Positions 27,191 to 36,875 of a stretch of 64,000 bases of DNA are shown here, piece by piece (the stretch's first letter is position 1; every line of letters begins with the position of its first letter). The position numbers and the translations under genes were made by a program. The notes under the pieces are model-generated. The model did no database searches. It worked only from the letters and a program-made list of their open reading frames with translations, and was not told where the DNA came from. This DNA is from Chitinophagales bacterium (lineage in GTDB: Bacteria > Bacteroidota > Bacteroidia > Chitinophagales > Saprospiraceae), in assembly GCA_013299105.1 (NCBI GenBank), contig JAAFJY010000001.1, positions 78,978-142,977 of the forward strand, given 5' to 3'.

Positions 27191-29845
27191 ATGAAAAAAA
27201 CCATTTGGCTACTCGCCTGTACCTTGGTCCTTTGGACTTGCACAACTACCCAAAAAGCCCCGAAAACCACGGAAGAAATCCCTGAACTCGTGGCCGAAAC
27301 CCTGCTTGATACCCTCGTGGTGGAAGGGGAAGGCATGGGCGAAGATGAAAATGCTGAGGACCTCAGTGAGGACACTAGTCCAAAACCTTACACCCCTAGC
27401 CGCCCACGCATCAATGACCTGCTGCATACCCGGCTCGAATTGAGCTTTGATTGGGCAAAGGAAGAAGTCATGGGCAAAGCCAGCCTGAAATTCAAGCCTT
27501 ATTTCAACCCCAGCAGCGTATTGGAACTCGATGCCAAGGGTTTTGAAATCAAGTCGGTAACGGTAGCGGGCAGCAAAACCCCGCTGAACTACACCTACGC
27601 CGAGGACAAACTGAAAATCCAATTGGGCCGCTCCTACAACCGCAATGAGGAATATGGTGTGGACATCGAATACATTGCCCGACCCAAAGCCAGCGGTGGC
27701 AGCAGTGCCATCACTTCCAATCAGGGTTTGTTTTTCATCAACCCCCGCAAGGAAGACCCCGACAAGCCCCAGCAAATCTGGACCCAAGGCGAAACCGAGT
27801 GGAACTCACGCTGGTTTCCTACCATCGACAGCCCCAACGAGCGCTGCACCCAAGAAATTTATGTGACGGTCGACAAAAAATTTGTGACCCTCTCCAACGG
27901 GGTAATGGTTTCTTCCACCAACAACCCCAACGGCACCCGCACCGACTATTGGAAAATGGACTTGCCGCACGCGCCATATTTGTTTATGCTGGCCATCGGT
28001 GAATTTGCGGTGGTCAAAGACAAATGGCGCAACATTGAAGTAAACTACTACGTGGAGCCCGCCTACGAGGCCGACGCCCGCGATATTTTTGCCCATACCC
28101 CCGAAATGCTGGAGTTTTTCTCCAATCGTTTAGGCGTAAACTACCCTTGGCCCAAGTACTCGCAGGTGATCGTGCGCGATTACGTGTCGGGGGCCATGGA
28201 AAATACCACCGCGACGATTTTTGGCGATTTTGTGCAAAAACACAAATGGGAACTGATCGACGACTACGACAACCAAAAGATCGTAGCCCACGAGCTTTTC
28301 CACCACTGGTTTGGCGACTATGTGACTTGCGAAAGCTGGCCCAACCTGAGCATGAATGAGGGTTTTGCCAACTATTCCGAGTACCTGTGGTTTGAGAAAA
28401 AATATGGCCGCGACCGCGCCGACCACCACCTGATGGACGAGCACGCCGGCTATTTGGGCGGCGGGGGCATTCACCCACTGATCCACTTTGCGGTGAAGGA
28501 CAAGGACGACATGTTCGATGCGCATACCTACAACAAGGGTGGCTCGATCTTGCACATGTTGCGTACTTACCTGGGTGACGAGGTATTTTTCACTGCCTTG
28601 AAAAACTACCTGAGCCAAAACGCTTTCAAATCCGTAGAGGCCCACAACCTGCGCCTGGCGATGGAAGAAGTGAGTGGAGAAGACTTGAACTGGTTCTTCA
28701 ACCAATGGTATTTTGCCGCCGGGCACCCCATTTTGAACATCAACTACAGCTACGATGAAGCCAGCAAAGAAGCCGTAGTAGAAGTGGAACAAACCCAAAC
28801 GACCGATGAAGGTACGCCAAGTGTATTCACCTTGCCTTTGAAGGCGGATGTTTACTTGTACGGTGAGAAAAAGACCTACGACATCTGGATGAAAGAGCGC
28901 AAACAAACCTTCCGTTTCCCCGCTGGCAGCAAGCCAGATTTGGTGAATCTGGACGGCGACCGTGCCCTCTTGTGCGAATCCGAAGACAACAAAACCGAGG
29001 AACAACTGGCCTTTCAGTTCAAAACCAGCGCTCGTTTCCGCGACCGCATTGATGCCTTTAATCGCTTGTTGGAAGGAGAAAGTGAGTTGTTCGGTAAGGT
29101 AGTAGAACAAGCCTTGGATGATCCTTATTGGTTCATCCGCTCGCAAGCCCTCGACAACCTGGATGAGGAAATGCTCAGTGGCAAAGCCACCCGCCTGCGC
29201 GAAATCGCCGAAAAAGACAGCCACTCCGAATGCCGTGCCAAGGCCCTGAGCGCGCTAGCCGCAGCCAATGACCCAGAGATTTTGGGGGTGGCCAAGGCTG
29301 CTTTCCAAAAAGACCAGGCTCTGGCGGTAGCGGCCAGCGCTTTGCAGATCATCAACCAGAAAAACAGTACAGAGGGCCTGGCCCTGGCCGACCAACTGAC
29401 CAGCGGAAAGGACAACCGTGCTGCTGGCCCGCTGCTGGAAGCCATCGCTGAAATATACGGTGCCACTGGCGACCAGAAGTACATGTCTTTCTTTGAGCAA
29501 AACATGTTCAAAGTGGACGGCCCGGCAGCACTCTCCTTCTACGACAACTTCCAGATTCTTTTGTCAAAAGCCGAACCTGCGGCATTGGACAAGGCCATTG
29601 AAAAAATGAACAGCGTTTCGATGTCAGCGACCCACTCTTTGTGGCGTCGTTTTGCCAGCACCCGTGCGCTCAACTCCCTGCGCAACGAGTTCAAGGTATT
29701 GGCAGCCCGCTCAAGGGATACGGCTACCAAAACCAGCCTCACTACTCGCGCCGAAAGCCTGACCAAAATGATCGAGTCCATCAAGGAAAACGAGAAGAAC
29801 GAGGAGTTGATTGGGGTGTACTCGCAATTGCCGGTAGTGCGGTGA
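27191..29845 (+). CDS. M1 family aminopeptidase lipoprotein with C-terminal HEAT-like repeats
   Basis: Lipobox LWTC; GAMEN, HELFHHW (HEXXH), NEGFANY, YNKGG. Confidence 0.93.
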   Translation: MKKTIWLLACTLVLWTCTTTQKAPKTTEEIPELVAETLLDTLVVEGEGMGEDENAEDLSEDTSPKPYTPSRPRINDLLHTRLELSFDWAKEEVMGKASLKFKPYFNPSSVLELDAKGFEIKSVTVAGSKTPLNYTYAEDKLKIQLGRSYNRNEEYGVDIEYIARPKASGGSSAITSNQGLFFINPRKEDPDKPQQIWTQGETEWNSRWFPTIDSPNERCTQEIYVTVDKKFVTLSNGVMVSSTNNPNGTRTDYWKMDLPHAPYLFMLAIGEFAVVKDKWRNIEVNYYVEPAYEADARDIFAHTPEMLEFFSNRLGVNYPWPKYSQVIVRDYVSGAMENTTATIFGDFVQKHKWELIDDYDNQKIVAHELFHHWFGDYVTCESWPNLSMNEGFANYSEYLWFEKKYGRDRADHHLMDEHAGYLGGGGIHPLIHFAVKDKDDMFDAHTYNKGGSILHMLRTYLGDEVFFTALKNYLSQNAFKSVEAHNLRLAMEEVSGEDLNWFFNQWYFAAGHPILNINYSYDEASKEAVVEVEQTQTTDEGTPSVFTLPLKADVYLYGEKKTYDIWMKERKQTFRFPAGSKPDLVNLDGDRALLCESEDNKTEEQLAFQFKTSARFRDRIDAFNRLLEGESELFGKVVEQALDDPYWFIRSQALDNLDEEMLSGKATRLREIAEKDSHSECRAKALSALAAANDPEILGVAKAAFQKDQALAVAASALQIINQKNSTEGLALADQLTSGKDNRAAGPLLEAIAEIYGATGDQKYMSFFEQNMFKVDGPAALSFYDNFQILLSKAEPAALDKAIEKMNSVSMSATHSLWRRFASTRALNSLRNEFKVLAARSRDTATKTSLTTRAESLTKMIESIKENEKNEELIGVYSQLPVVR

Positions 29846-29851
29846 GTTGAA

Positions 29852-29885
29852 TTGAGTTGAAATGTTGAAGGGTTGAAATGTTGAA
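29852..29885 (+). repeat. GTTGA-core 8-mer tandem array
   Basis: gttgaaatgttgaagggttgaaatgttgaag just after the M1 peptidase stop. Confidence 0.65.
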
Positions 29886-30129
29886 GAGAAAGGGCCTTGT
29901 ACAAAAGTTTAGGTTCTTTGGGTTCAGTTTTTCGGCCCTCGAAAGTGATAAACGAGCGATTCAGACTTGGGGACGAGTTTGGGTCGCTCGTTTTGTTTTC
30001 TGGGGAATGTGTAACCATTTTTGCACTGCGTATTAAATCAGCAATGCTCCTATAACAATTCAAGTCCCACTTGGGCACACCACTACGCTTTGGTTATGCA
30101 TCTTTTTGTTAAAACCTAAATCGAAAAAG

Positions 30130-32112
30130 ATGCGTCGCAATTTCATTGTACTGATTCTTACTTGTATCCTTTTTGTTTGCGCACAAGCCCAGCGAAACCC
30201 GCTTTTTCAAATTGTCGAAAAGAACCGCATTGGCTTCATCAATCGCACAGGTGATGTTGTGATCAAACCCATTTTCAGGTGTGTTGGAGCTTTTGTGAAA
30301 GGACTTGCTCCGGCGAGGATTGATGGCTTGTACGGCTACATTGACACCTTGGGCGATTTTGTGATTCCCCCTATTTATGACTATGCCGAGCCTTTTTCTG
30401 AGGATTTGGCAGTGGTGGTGCGGGACGAGCGGCAGATGGTGATTCAGCGGGATGGGAAGCACTGTTTTTCCAGCTCTTTTGCTGAAATGGGTAGTTTTCA
30501 TTTAGGGCGGGCTTTAGTGATCTCTAAAAGTGGAAAAAAGGGGCTAATTGATGTACATGGAAAATTAGTTATCGATACCATTTTTGAAAGCATTTTTCCC
30601 AGTGAGTCTGGTCAATACGTTGTCGAATTGGATGGGAAAGCCCCTGGACGCTATCAGTATGGCATCTTCAATCGCTTGGGGAAGGCCATCGTCCCTTTGG
30701 ATACATTTGATTACATTCGGCCATTTTCGGAAGGGTTTGCAGTAGCCAAATGGAGACTAGGAAAGGATGATTTGGCTAAAAACCTGGTTTTTGACACCAG
30801 TGGACAAATCGTATTTGAACACATCATAAGTGACGACAGTGGCATAATCAAGGGTCCATTTCACGAAGGCCGGGCCAGTTTGCGTTTTTGGCCAGGCATG
30901 TCATCGGGCTATTCCAATTTTTCAAAAAAATATGAAGGTTATATTGACACCAAAGGAAAAATCATGCTAAAAGATACCAGTGTTGATTCCGCCAATGATT
31001 TCCAAAATGGGCTTGCCTTTATTCACTTGAAGAATGGCGATTATCAACTGATCGATACCAATATGCTGAAAGTAGCGCCTCATTTATTCCTTTTTGAAGC
31101 CACATTTGGAAAAAATGGCCAATTCGCAGCGGTGATGCTTGAAGGGGATAGGATTTACTCATTGATTGACCAGAATGGCGAGGTGCGATTGCGTTCTCCA
31201 GTGAGTCGCACTACAGGAGAGCACGTCATTGGTGATCACCACATCGTTTTTGGTGTCGAGCAAAAACTAAAACCAGGCGAAGAATGGCCCAGCACCCGCT
31301 ATGGGGTCTATGATACCACGGGCAAGGTCATTATTAAAGCCTGGTGTTCTCGGATTGCTGAAGAGGGGTTTCAATATGGGGTATTGGCTACCATCATGGA
31401 GGGCCGTTTGACCTATTTCAATGAAAAAGGTGAGATCATTTGGCAACAGTCCGAGCTTAGGGTAGCTGAAGACATCAACATTGACCACATGAATCGGGGC
31501 TATTTTTATGCAGGCTCCAAAGTAGATGAACTAGACCTGGGAGGATTTGGTAGATCGGATAACCAACCCAAAAAGATTAAGCCAAGGATGGGTTTTTCTC
31601 GGAAATCGCTGTCCATTTGGATCGATACCTCAAATTTGGTGCAAACGCCAGGTATGTACAACACATATAAATTGTACGTCGTCAATAAAAGCGGCAAAAA
31701 AGCGAAATTCCCAGCTCAAGACAGTAGGCTTGAGCTCAGCATCCAGGCATTGGATGCGCATGGCCAATGGAGAGACATTGATTTTTTGCCCCGTAGTGAT
31801 TGTGGAAATAGTTACCATACCTTGACCTTGGGACACAATGAGTACTGGGGTTTTAAGGTTTTTCGGTACAATGGCGTTTTTAACACCAAAATTCGAGCAG
31901 CATTAAGCTATTACGAGCTCAAAAGCGTAAAAGGGTCAAAGACGCTTAATCTTGATGAGGTTTTGCCTGGTTACAAAGTGAAAGTGAGAAAAAGAGAGCC
32001 TAAAATGTTGGAAATTTACAGCAATACTTTCCAGGCCAGCATCAATCCAGCCCAGTTTTGGCGTGTAGAAACGTACATCCCACAGGGCATCATGGATCCT
32101 TACAGCTATTGA
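30130..32112 (+). CDS. Exported WG-repeat protein with an uncharacterised C-terminal domain
   Basis: Repeated GFIN..G.VVI.P.F..F..GLA, GYID..G, F..G.A units; C-terminal QDSRL..QALD..G.W..I..LP.S.CGNSY. Confidence 0.8.
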   Translation: MRRNFIVLILTCILFVCAQAQRNPLFQIVEKNRIGFINRTGDVVIKPIFRCVGAFVKGLAPARIDGLYGYIDTLGDFVIPPIYDYAEPFSEDLAVVVRDERQMVIQRDGKHCFSSSFAEMGSFHLGRALVISKSGKKGLIDVHGKLVIDTIFESIFPSESGQYVVELDGKAPGRYQYGIFNRLGKAIVPLDTFDYIRPFSEGFAVAKWRLGKDDLAKNLVFDTSGQIVFEHIISDDSGIIKGPFHEGRASLRFWPGMSSGYSNFSKKYEGYIDTKGKIMLKDTSVDSANDFQNGLAFIHLKNGDYQLIDTNMLKVAPHLFLFEATFGKNGQFAAVMLEGDRIYSLIDQNGEVRLRSPVSRTTGEHVIGDHHIVFGVEQKLKPGEEWPSTRYGVYDTTGKVIIKAWCSRIAEEGFQYGVLATIMEGRLTYFNEKGEIIWQQSELRVAEDINIDHMNRGYFYAGSKVDELDLGGFGRSDNQPKKIKPRMGFSRKSLSIWIDTSNLVQTPGMYNTYKLYVVNKSGKKAKFPAQDSRLELSIQALDAHGQWRDIDFLPRSDCGNSYHTLTLGHNEYWGFKVFRYNGVFNTKIRAALSYYELKSVKGSKTLNLDEVLPGYKVKVRKREPKMLEIYSNTFQASINPAQFWRVETYIPQGIMDPYSY

Positions 32113-32134
32113 TTTAAGGAGGTGAACGCTGACC

Positions 32135-32521
32135 TCAATTCAGCACCACCGGAGCCACCATCTTGAACATCGGAACATCCACCTTAAAAGTCTCGCCGCT
32201 GTGCAAGGCGCGCATGGTGTAGCTGCCGTGCATTTGGCCAATGGGCGTGTAGAGGTGGCAAAAAGAGACGTATTCGTGGGTTTCGCCGGGTTCAAGCACG
32301 GGTTGTTGGCCGATTACACCTTCGCCTTCTACTTCGCGGATACAAGCGTCGGCGTCTTTGATGATCCAATGGCGGCTAATCAACTGTACGGTGCGGGGGC
32401 TCAGGTTTTCGATGCTTACGCGATAGGCATGGATGTACTTGGCATCCGCCGGACTCGAATGTTCGAATTGGTAGCTTACCTCCACCGAAACCTTTATGCC
32501 TTGTGTAATCTGAGTCTCCAT
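32135..32521 (-). CDS. apaG: ApaG / Co2+-Mg2+ efflux associated protein
   Basis: AY...IEN, QL.SRHW.I.D, V.GEGVIGQQP.LEPG, TP.G.M.G.Y. Confidence 0.95.
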   Translation of the reverse strand: METQITQGIKVSVEVSYQFEHSSPADAKYIHAYRVSIENLSPRTVQLISRHWIIKDADACIREVEGEGVIGQQPVLEPGETHEYVSFCHLYTPIGQMHGSYTMRALHSGETFKVDVPMFKMVAPVVLN

Positions 32522-32541
32522 TTTTATCGGAATTGAGCAAG

Positions 32542-33105
32542 CTAAACACTTAGAAATGCGGCAACGACTTCCTCCGCCTCCTTCAAAGCGCGTTCCAGCA
32601 CATCATTAACCAAGATATGGTCGAATTTGTTTTGGTAACTCAGTTCTTCTTCGGCCCTGGCCAATCTTTTCTTTAAACTCTCTTCCGTTTCCGTTTTTCG
32701 TTGACGTAGGCGCTCAAACAGAATCTCTTTGGAAGGTGGCTTGACAAAAATAGCCAGGGAGTTGTCGGGGAAGATTCGTTTTAGGTTCAAAGCACCTTTT
32801 ACGTCGATGTCAAAAATGATGTGTTTGCCCATGCCCCAAAGGCGGTTGATCTCATCCTTGAGGGTACCATAAAATTGGTTGGTATACACCTCCTCCCATT
32901 CTACAAACTCATCTTTGGCGATCAAGTCTCTGAATTTTTCGGGGCTGATGAAGTAATAATCTTTGCCCTCGGTTTCGTGTGGGCGCATGGCACGGGTAGT
33001 CGCCGAAATGGAAAAGGCCAGGTCGTTGCGGGTCTTTAGCAAATGCCGTACTACCGTAGTTTTACCCGCCCCGGAAGGTGCCGTGAGAATCAGCAGCTTG
33101 CTCAT
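32542..33105 (-). CDS. gmk: Guanylate kinase
   Basis: APSGAGKTT, SISATTR..R..E..GKDYYF, FYGT, DIDVKGA. Confidence 0.96.
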   Translation of the reverse strand: MSKLLILTAPSGAGKTTVVRHLLKTRNDLAFSISATTRAMRPHETEGKDYYFISPEKFRDLIAKDEFVEWEEVYTNQFYGTLKDEINRLWGMGKHIIFDIDVKGALNLKRIFPDNSLAIFVKPPSKEILFERLRQRKTETEESLKKRLARAEEELSYQNKFDHILVNDVLERALKEAEEVVAAFLSV

Positions 33106-33108
33106 GGT

Positions 33109-33984
33109 TTACAAACAGTTTGCGACTTGCTCTTTGATTTTTTCCAGTTCGTCCTTCATTTCCACCACCAGGCGTTGGATGTCGGACGAGTAGGCTTTGG
33201 CACCGAGGGTATTGATTTCGCGGCCCATTTCCTGGCTGATGAAGCCCAGTTTGCGGCCTTTCTGGGTGCCAGGCTTTTTCAGCTCCTCCCGAAAATAGGC
33301 ACAGTGCTGGGCCAGGCGTACTTTTTCCTCGGTCACGTCCAATTTTTCGAAATAATGGATCAGTTCTTGTTCAAAGCGGTTGTTGTCGACCCGGTCTTTG
33401 CCGATGTTTTCCTCCAGGTTTTGAAACAAGCGTTGGCGCAAACGCACAACACGGTCTTCTTCCAAGGGGGCAATCTTCTCCAGGTTCTGCTCGATGAGTT
33501 GAACGCGGTGGTTGAGTTCGGTGGCCATTACCCCTCCCTCGGTATTGCGAAAACGCTCAAATTCTTGTATGGTTTCTTCCAAAACCGATTGAACCTCCTG
33601 CCATTCTTTTTCTTCCACTTCATCATTGGCGGTGGCTACCACATTGGGCAGGCGCAAAATGGCTTGAAACAAATCACCAGCGGGCATCTGGAGTTCTTCA
33701 CGAATTTTTACCAGCTCATTTACGTAACGCTTGAACAGGGGCACGTTCAATGCAAAACCATCGTCAGCAAGCTTTGAATTGACTTCCAGGTTGAGTTCAA
33801 TTTTGCCACGTTCTACGCGTTCAGTTACCATCCGGCGGATATCCGATTCTTTTTCGCGATAGTTGAGTGGGGCCTTCATGCGCAAGTCGGTAAACTTGCT
33901 GTTCAGTGACTTCAACTCAATGATGATCACTTTGTCGCCAAAACTCCTGCTCACCCGGCCATAGCCAGTCATCGATAACAACAT
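33109..33984 (-). CDS. yicC: YicC/YloC family endoribonuclease
   Basis: SMTGYGR, ELKSLNSK, DVTEE..RL..H, GRKL.FI.QEMGREINTLGAK, ELEKIKEQV.N. Confidence 0.93.
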   Translation of the reverse strand: MLLSMTGYGRVSRSFGDKVIIIELKSLNSKFTDLRMKAPLNYREKESDIRRMVTERVERGKIELNLEVNSKLADDGFALNVPLFKRYVNELVKIREELQMPAGDLFQAILRLPNVVATANDEVEEKEWQEVQSVLEETIQEFERFRNTEGGVMATELNHRVQLIEQNLEKIAPLEEDRVVRLRQRLFQNLEENIGKDRVDNNRFEQELIHYFEKLDVTEEKVRLAQHCAYFREELKKPGTQKGRKLGFISQEMGREINTLGAKAYSSDIQRLVVEMKDELEKIKEQVANCL

Positions 33985-34308
33985 ATATATAAGGTACAGC
34001 GCCACCGCCCAATGGTGATGGACGATTTTCCTATGACTTAGATTATGACTAGCAGTTACTGATTTTAGTTACAAATCAGACATTTTCGCCTTCGATAACC
34101 TAAAAGAATGGCAAATATAGTTTAAAATGCTTTAAGTGTCGAGTCAAAGCCGTTTTTGAAAAAATGCTTTGTTACAAAAATTTAGCATTCTGGCTTCGAG
34201 TCATCAAAGTGAAAGCTTTTCTTTTATCGAAGTAATTGGGCCGAAAAGAGAACAGCCAAAATAATTGCGTTAAGTCATCATATCGCTACAAGAATGTTGG
34301 GCTGATCA

Positions 34309-34461
34309 CTTAAGTATTTGAGCTAAAATAAGGAGGATATCTTTGCTTTTGAGGTTTAGCAAAAAAAGAACACAAATCCTTTCATCCAGTTACTTAAACT
34401 AGTAGTGACCTTTTTTCACTAAACCCAAACCAGTCCACCTTATTTTTTTTATGCTCCCTAA
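34309..34461 (-). mobile_element. MITE family 2, copy 3 (long subtype, inverted)
   Basis: Reverse complement matches 12101 and 40750; TTA flanks; carries the extra ggtcactantagtttaag segment. Confidence 0.8.
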
Positions 34462-34630
34462 TCTCATAAAAGAGTAGCCAAATCTTTGCAAGAAATTGAA
34501 AGTTAATCAGAAATGAAAAAATAAGCAGTGTGATAGTTGTAAAATACTAAAGAAAATTCCGAGATTTGCGACTCGCTTGTAAAACAAGACGAAATTTATT
34601 CATAACTTACTATAAACCAAGTATATACCG

Positions 34631-34951
34631 ATGAGAAAAGCTGATTTGGTAGCAGCGATATCTGAGAAGACAGGTGTGCCCAAGGTTGACGTGCTGGTGA
34701 CGATGGAAACTTTTTTCAAAGAAGTGAAAGGATCTCTTTCTGAAGGTGAAAATGTTTACATTCGTGGTTTTGGCTCTTTCATCATCAAGAGAAGAGCAAA
34801 GAAAATCGGTCGTCACATCAAGAAAAACGAAGCGATCGAGATTCCTGAACATTTTATCCCTTCCTTCAAGCCTGCAAAGGTCTTTGTGGAGCAGGTAAAA
34901 GCCAATGTAGATTCTCTGCCTGAAGGTTACGACGAAGACGACGAGGATTAA
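34631..34951 (+). CDS. HU/IHF family DNA-binding protein
   Basis: MRKADLV..I...G.V.IRGFGSF..R..K.GR......IEIP....P.FKP. Confidence 0.95.
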   Translation: MRKADLVAAISEKTGVPKVDVLVTMETFFKEVKGSLSEGENVYIRGFGSFIIKRRAKKIGRHIKKNEAIEIPEHFIPSFKPAKVFVEQVKANVDSLPEGYDEDDED

Positions 34952-35008
34952 TTCGCCCGCTTGGCTCCTCGGCCCTGCTGAGTGTGCCATCACCTTCTGC
35001 CTGCACTT

Positions 35009-35785
35009 ATGACCAAGTTGCAATACGCCGTTGTAGCAGCGGCACTCATGCTTTTCCTGGTTCTGCGTTTTGCTTGCGAAACCAAAGCCCCCAACATCAA
35101 AAACCTGGAGAAATCCAGGGCTTTGACTGTAGAAACCACCGATCTGGCTGGTTTGGCACAAAGTACCAAAGATTCGATCAGCAAAGCCGACCAGGCCCTG
35201 ATCGAAACCCTGGAAGCAGAACTGGCCCGTCAGTCTACGGATACAGCCAGGATTCGGGTTGACAAAAAGTTGTCTGCCGCTTGGTTCGACCTGGGAAAAC
35301 CACTTATTGCTGGTCATTACGCCCAGGAAGTAGCTGAAAAAGAAAACTCAGAGCAAGCATGGGCCATCACTGGCACCACGTTTGCCATTGCCTTGCAGCG
35401 CATTGCCGATCAAAAAATGCGAGAATTCGCTGCAAAACGTGCCACCAAGGCTTTTGAAAACGCCGTTTCACTCAATCCGAATGAGTTGGCGCACAAAATC
35501 AACCTGGCTTTGGTGCACACCGATGTCCCTCCAGCAGAGAACCCTATGAAAGGGGTCTTGATGCTCAGGGAACTGAACGAGGCCAACCCGAACAATCCAA
35601 GCATCCTGCTAAACCTGGGACGTTTGGCCATTCGGACCAACCAGTTCGACCGAGCCGTAGAACGCCTCAAACAAGCTTTGGAAGCAGACCCCAGCCTCGT
35701 AGAAGCCAATTGCCTGTTGGCAGATGCTTATACTGGCTTGGGAAAACAAGCCGAAGCTGAGCGTTATGCTCAAAAATGCCAATGA
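35009..35785 (+). CDS. TPR-containing membrane-anchored protein
   Basis: N-terminal hydrophobic segment; TPR-like helices (ENAVSLNP, NLGRLAIRTNQFDRAVERLKQALEADP). Confidence 0.8.
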   Translation: MTKLQYAVVAAALMLFLVLRFACETKAPNIKNLEKSRALTVETTDLAGLAQSTKDSISKADQALIETLEAELARQSTDTARIRVDKKLSAAWFDLGKPLIAGHYAQEVAEKENSEQAWAITGTTFAIALQRIADQKMREFAAKRATKAFENAVSLNPNELAHKINLALVHTDVPPAENPMKGVLMLRELNEANPNNPSILLNLGRLAIRTNQFDRAVERLKQALEADPSLVEANCLLADAYTGLGKQAEAERYAQKCQ

Positions 35786-35956
35786 CCGCGAAAGAGTTGA
35801 GAAGTTAAGTGGTTGAGGAGTTGAGAAGAAGGAACTCGTACCTCAAAATAATGATCAACCAAAACTTTGATGCTTTTGCTGCGTTCTTAAGAATTCTTTG
35901 GTGAAACTTGTTTACAAATTATCACCGTATTTTTTCATCTGTTAAAAGGTTTCGAC

Positions 35957-36052
35957 ATGCCTTGCGGAAAGAAACGTAAAAGACACAAGATTGCTACGCA
36001 CAAGCGTAAAAAACGCCTGCGTAAGAATCGTCATAAGAAGAAGAACAGATAG
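35957..36052 (+). CDS. Small basic ribosomal protein bS22 (mS38/AURKAIP1-COX24 like), missed by the ORF track
   Basis: Manual translation MPCGKKRKRHKIATHKRKKRLRKNRHKKKNR* (31 aa). Confidence 0.85.
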   Translation: MPCGKKRKRHKIATHKRKKRLRKNRHKKKNR

Positions 36053-36875
36053 TACTAAGTAGGTAATTATCCAGCTGCTTCTCAGTTGCATAATTCCTCA
36101 GCGACTATTTCAAGTAGCTGGTTGAACCTTTTGACCTCCCTACTTGTATATTTTGTGGCGTTAGACCAGTGAGCAGAAGTTACTGCTTGTTATCAAGCAA
36201 GTATTTCTTCTTTGAGAGTACAAAATCCAGGTTGCAGGCTGTGTGTCCGCGACCTGGATTCTGTGCTTTGGGCAATGTATAAAATTGGTGCAGCAGCAAT
36301 GCTTTCAACCCCGATATGTCCAGCCATTTGGCCGCTTGAATAAGAGTTTTTGTGCAGTAAGAACGGTGAGTTTGTTGTTGTTTTTCGAGAAACCGAGTAG
36401 TCAATTTTCATGTGATCAGAACCCGCAAACGAATTTAGAGCATGCTAAAACATCCTCTCAGGCTCAGTTTCCACCCCTACACCAATTAAAAAAACTCCTC
36501 TTATTCGATGCCAGTTTCGGTGAATGACCATAGGGCCTACCAATTAGTGATGCGAAAAAATGAACGTTGAAAAGTTGAAATGTTGAAAAGAAGACACAGC
36601 ATTTCAGCTACCACAAAGGCAGATTTAAACTGACTTATTTTTAGTGCGTATTTCAGCTATTTTCTTGCATACGCTGCGAATCCCTTATCCTGTGATTCGC
36701 AATTGCCAGCACTTTTTTACGCCTTGAACCCTGGATTTTAGTTGGGTAGACTAATTTCACCACTGTGAAAGTGGATCATTAAACACCCGACACGACAACT
36801 TGGTGTTGGAAATCAACTTTTATTTTGAATTTTCACGCTACATTGTCTGAGTATCCATTTAAAACTGGCATACCT

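Noticed and set aside
28130-29224. Long antisense ORFs (e.g. 364 aa here, 295 aa at 54759-55646, 251 aa at 20244-20999)
   Set aside because: They lie opposite well-supported genes, as expected from codon bias, and show no motifs.
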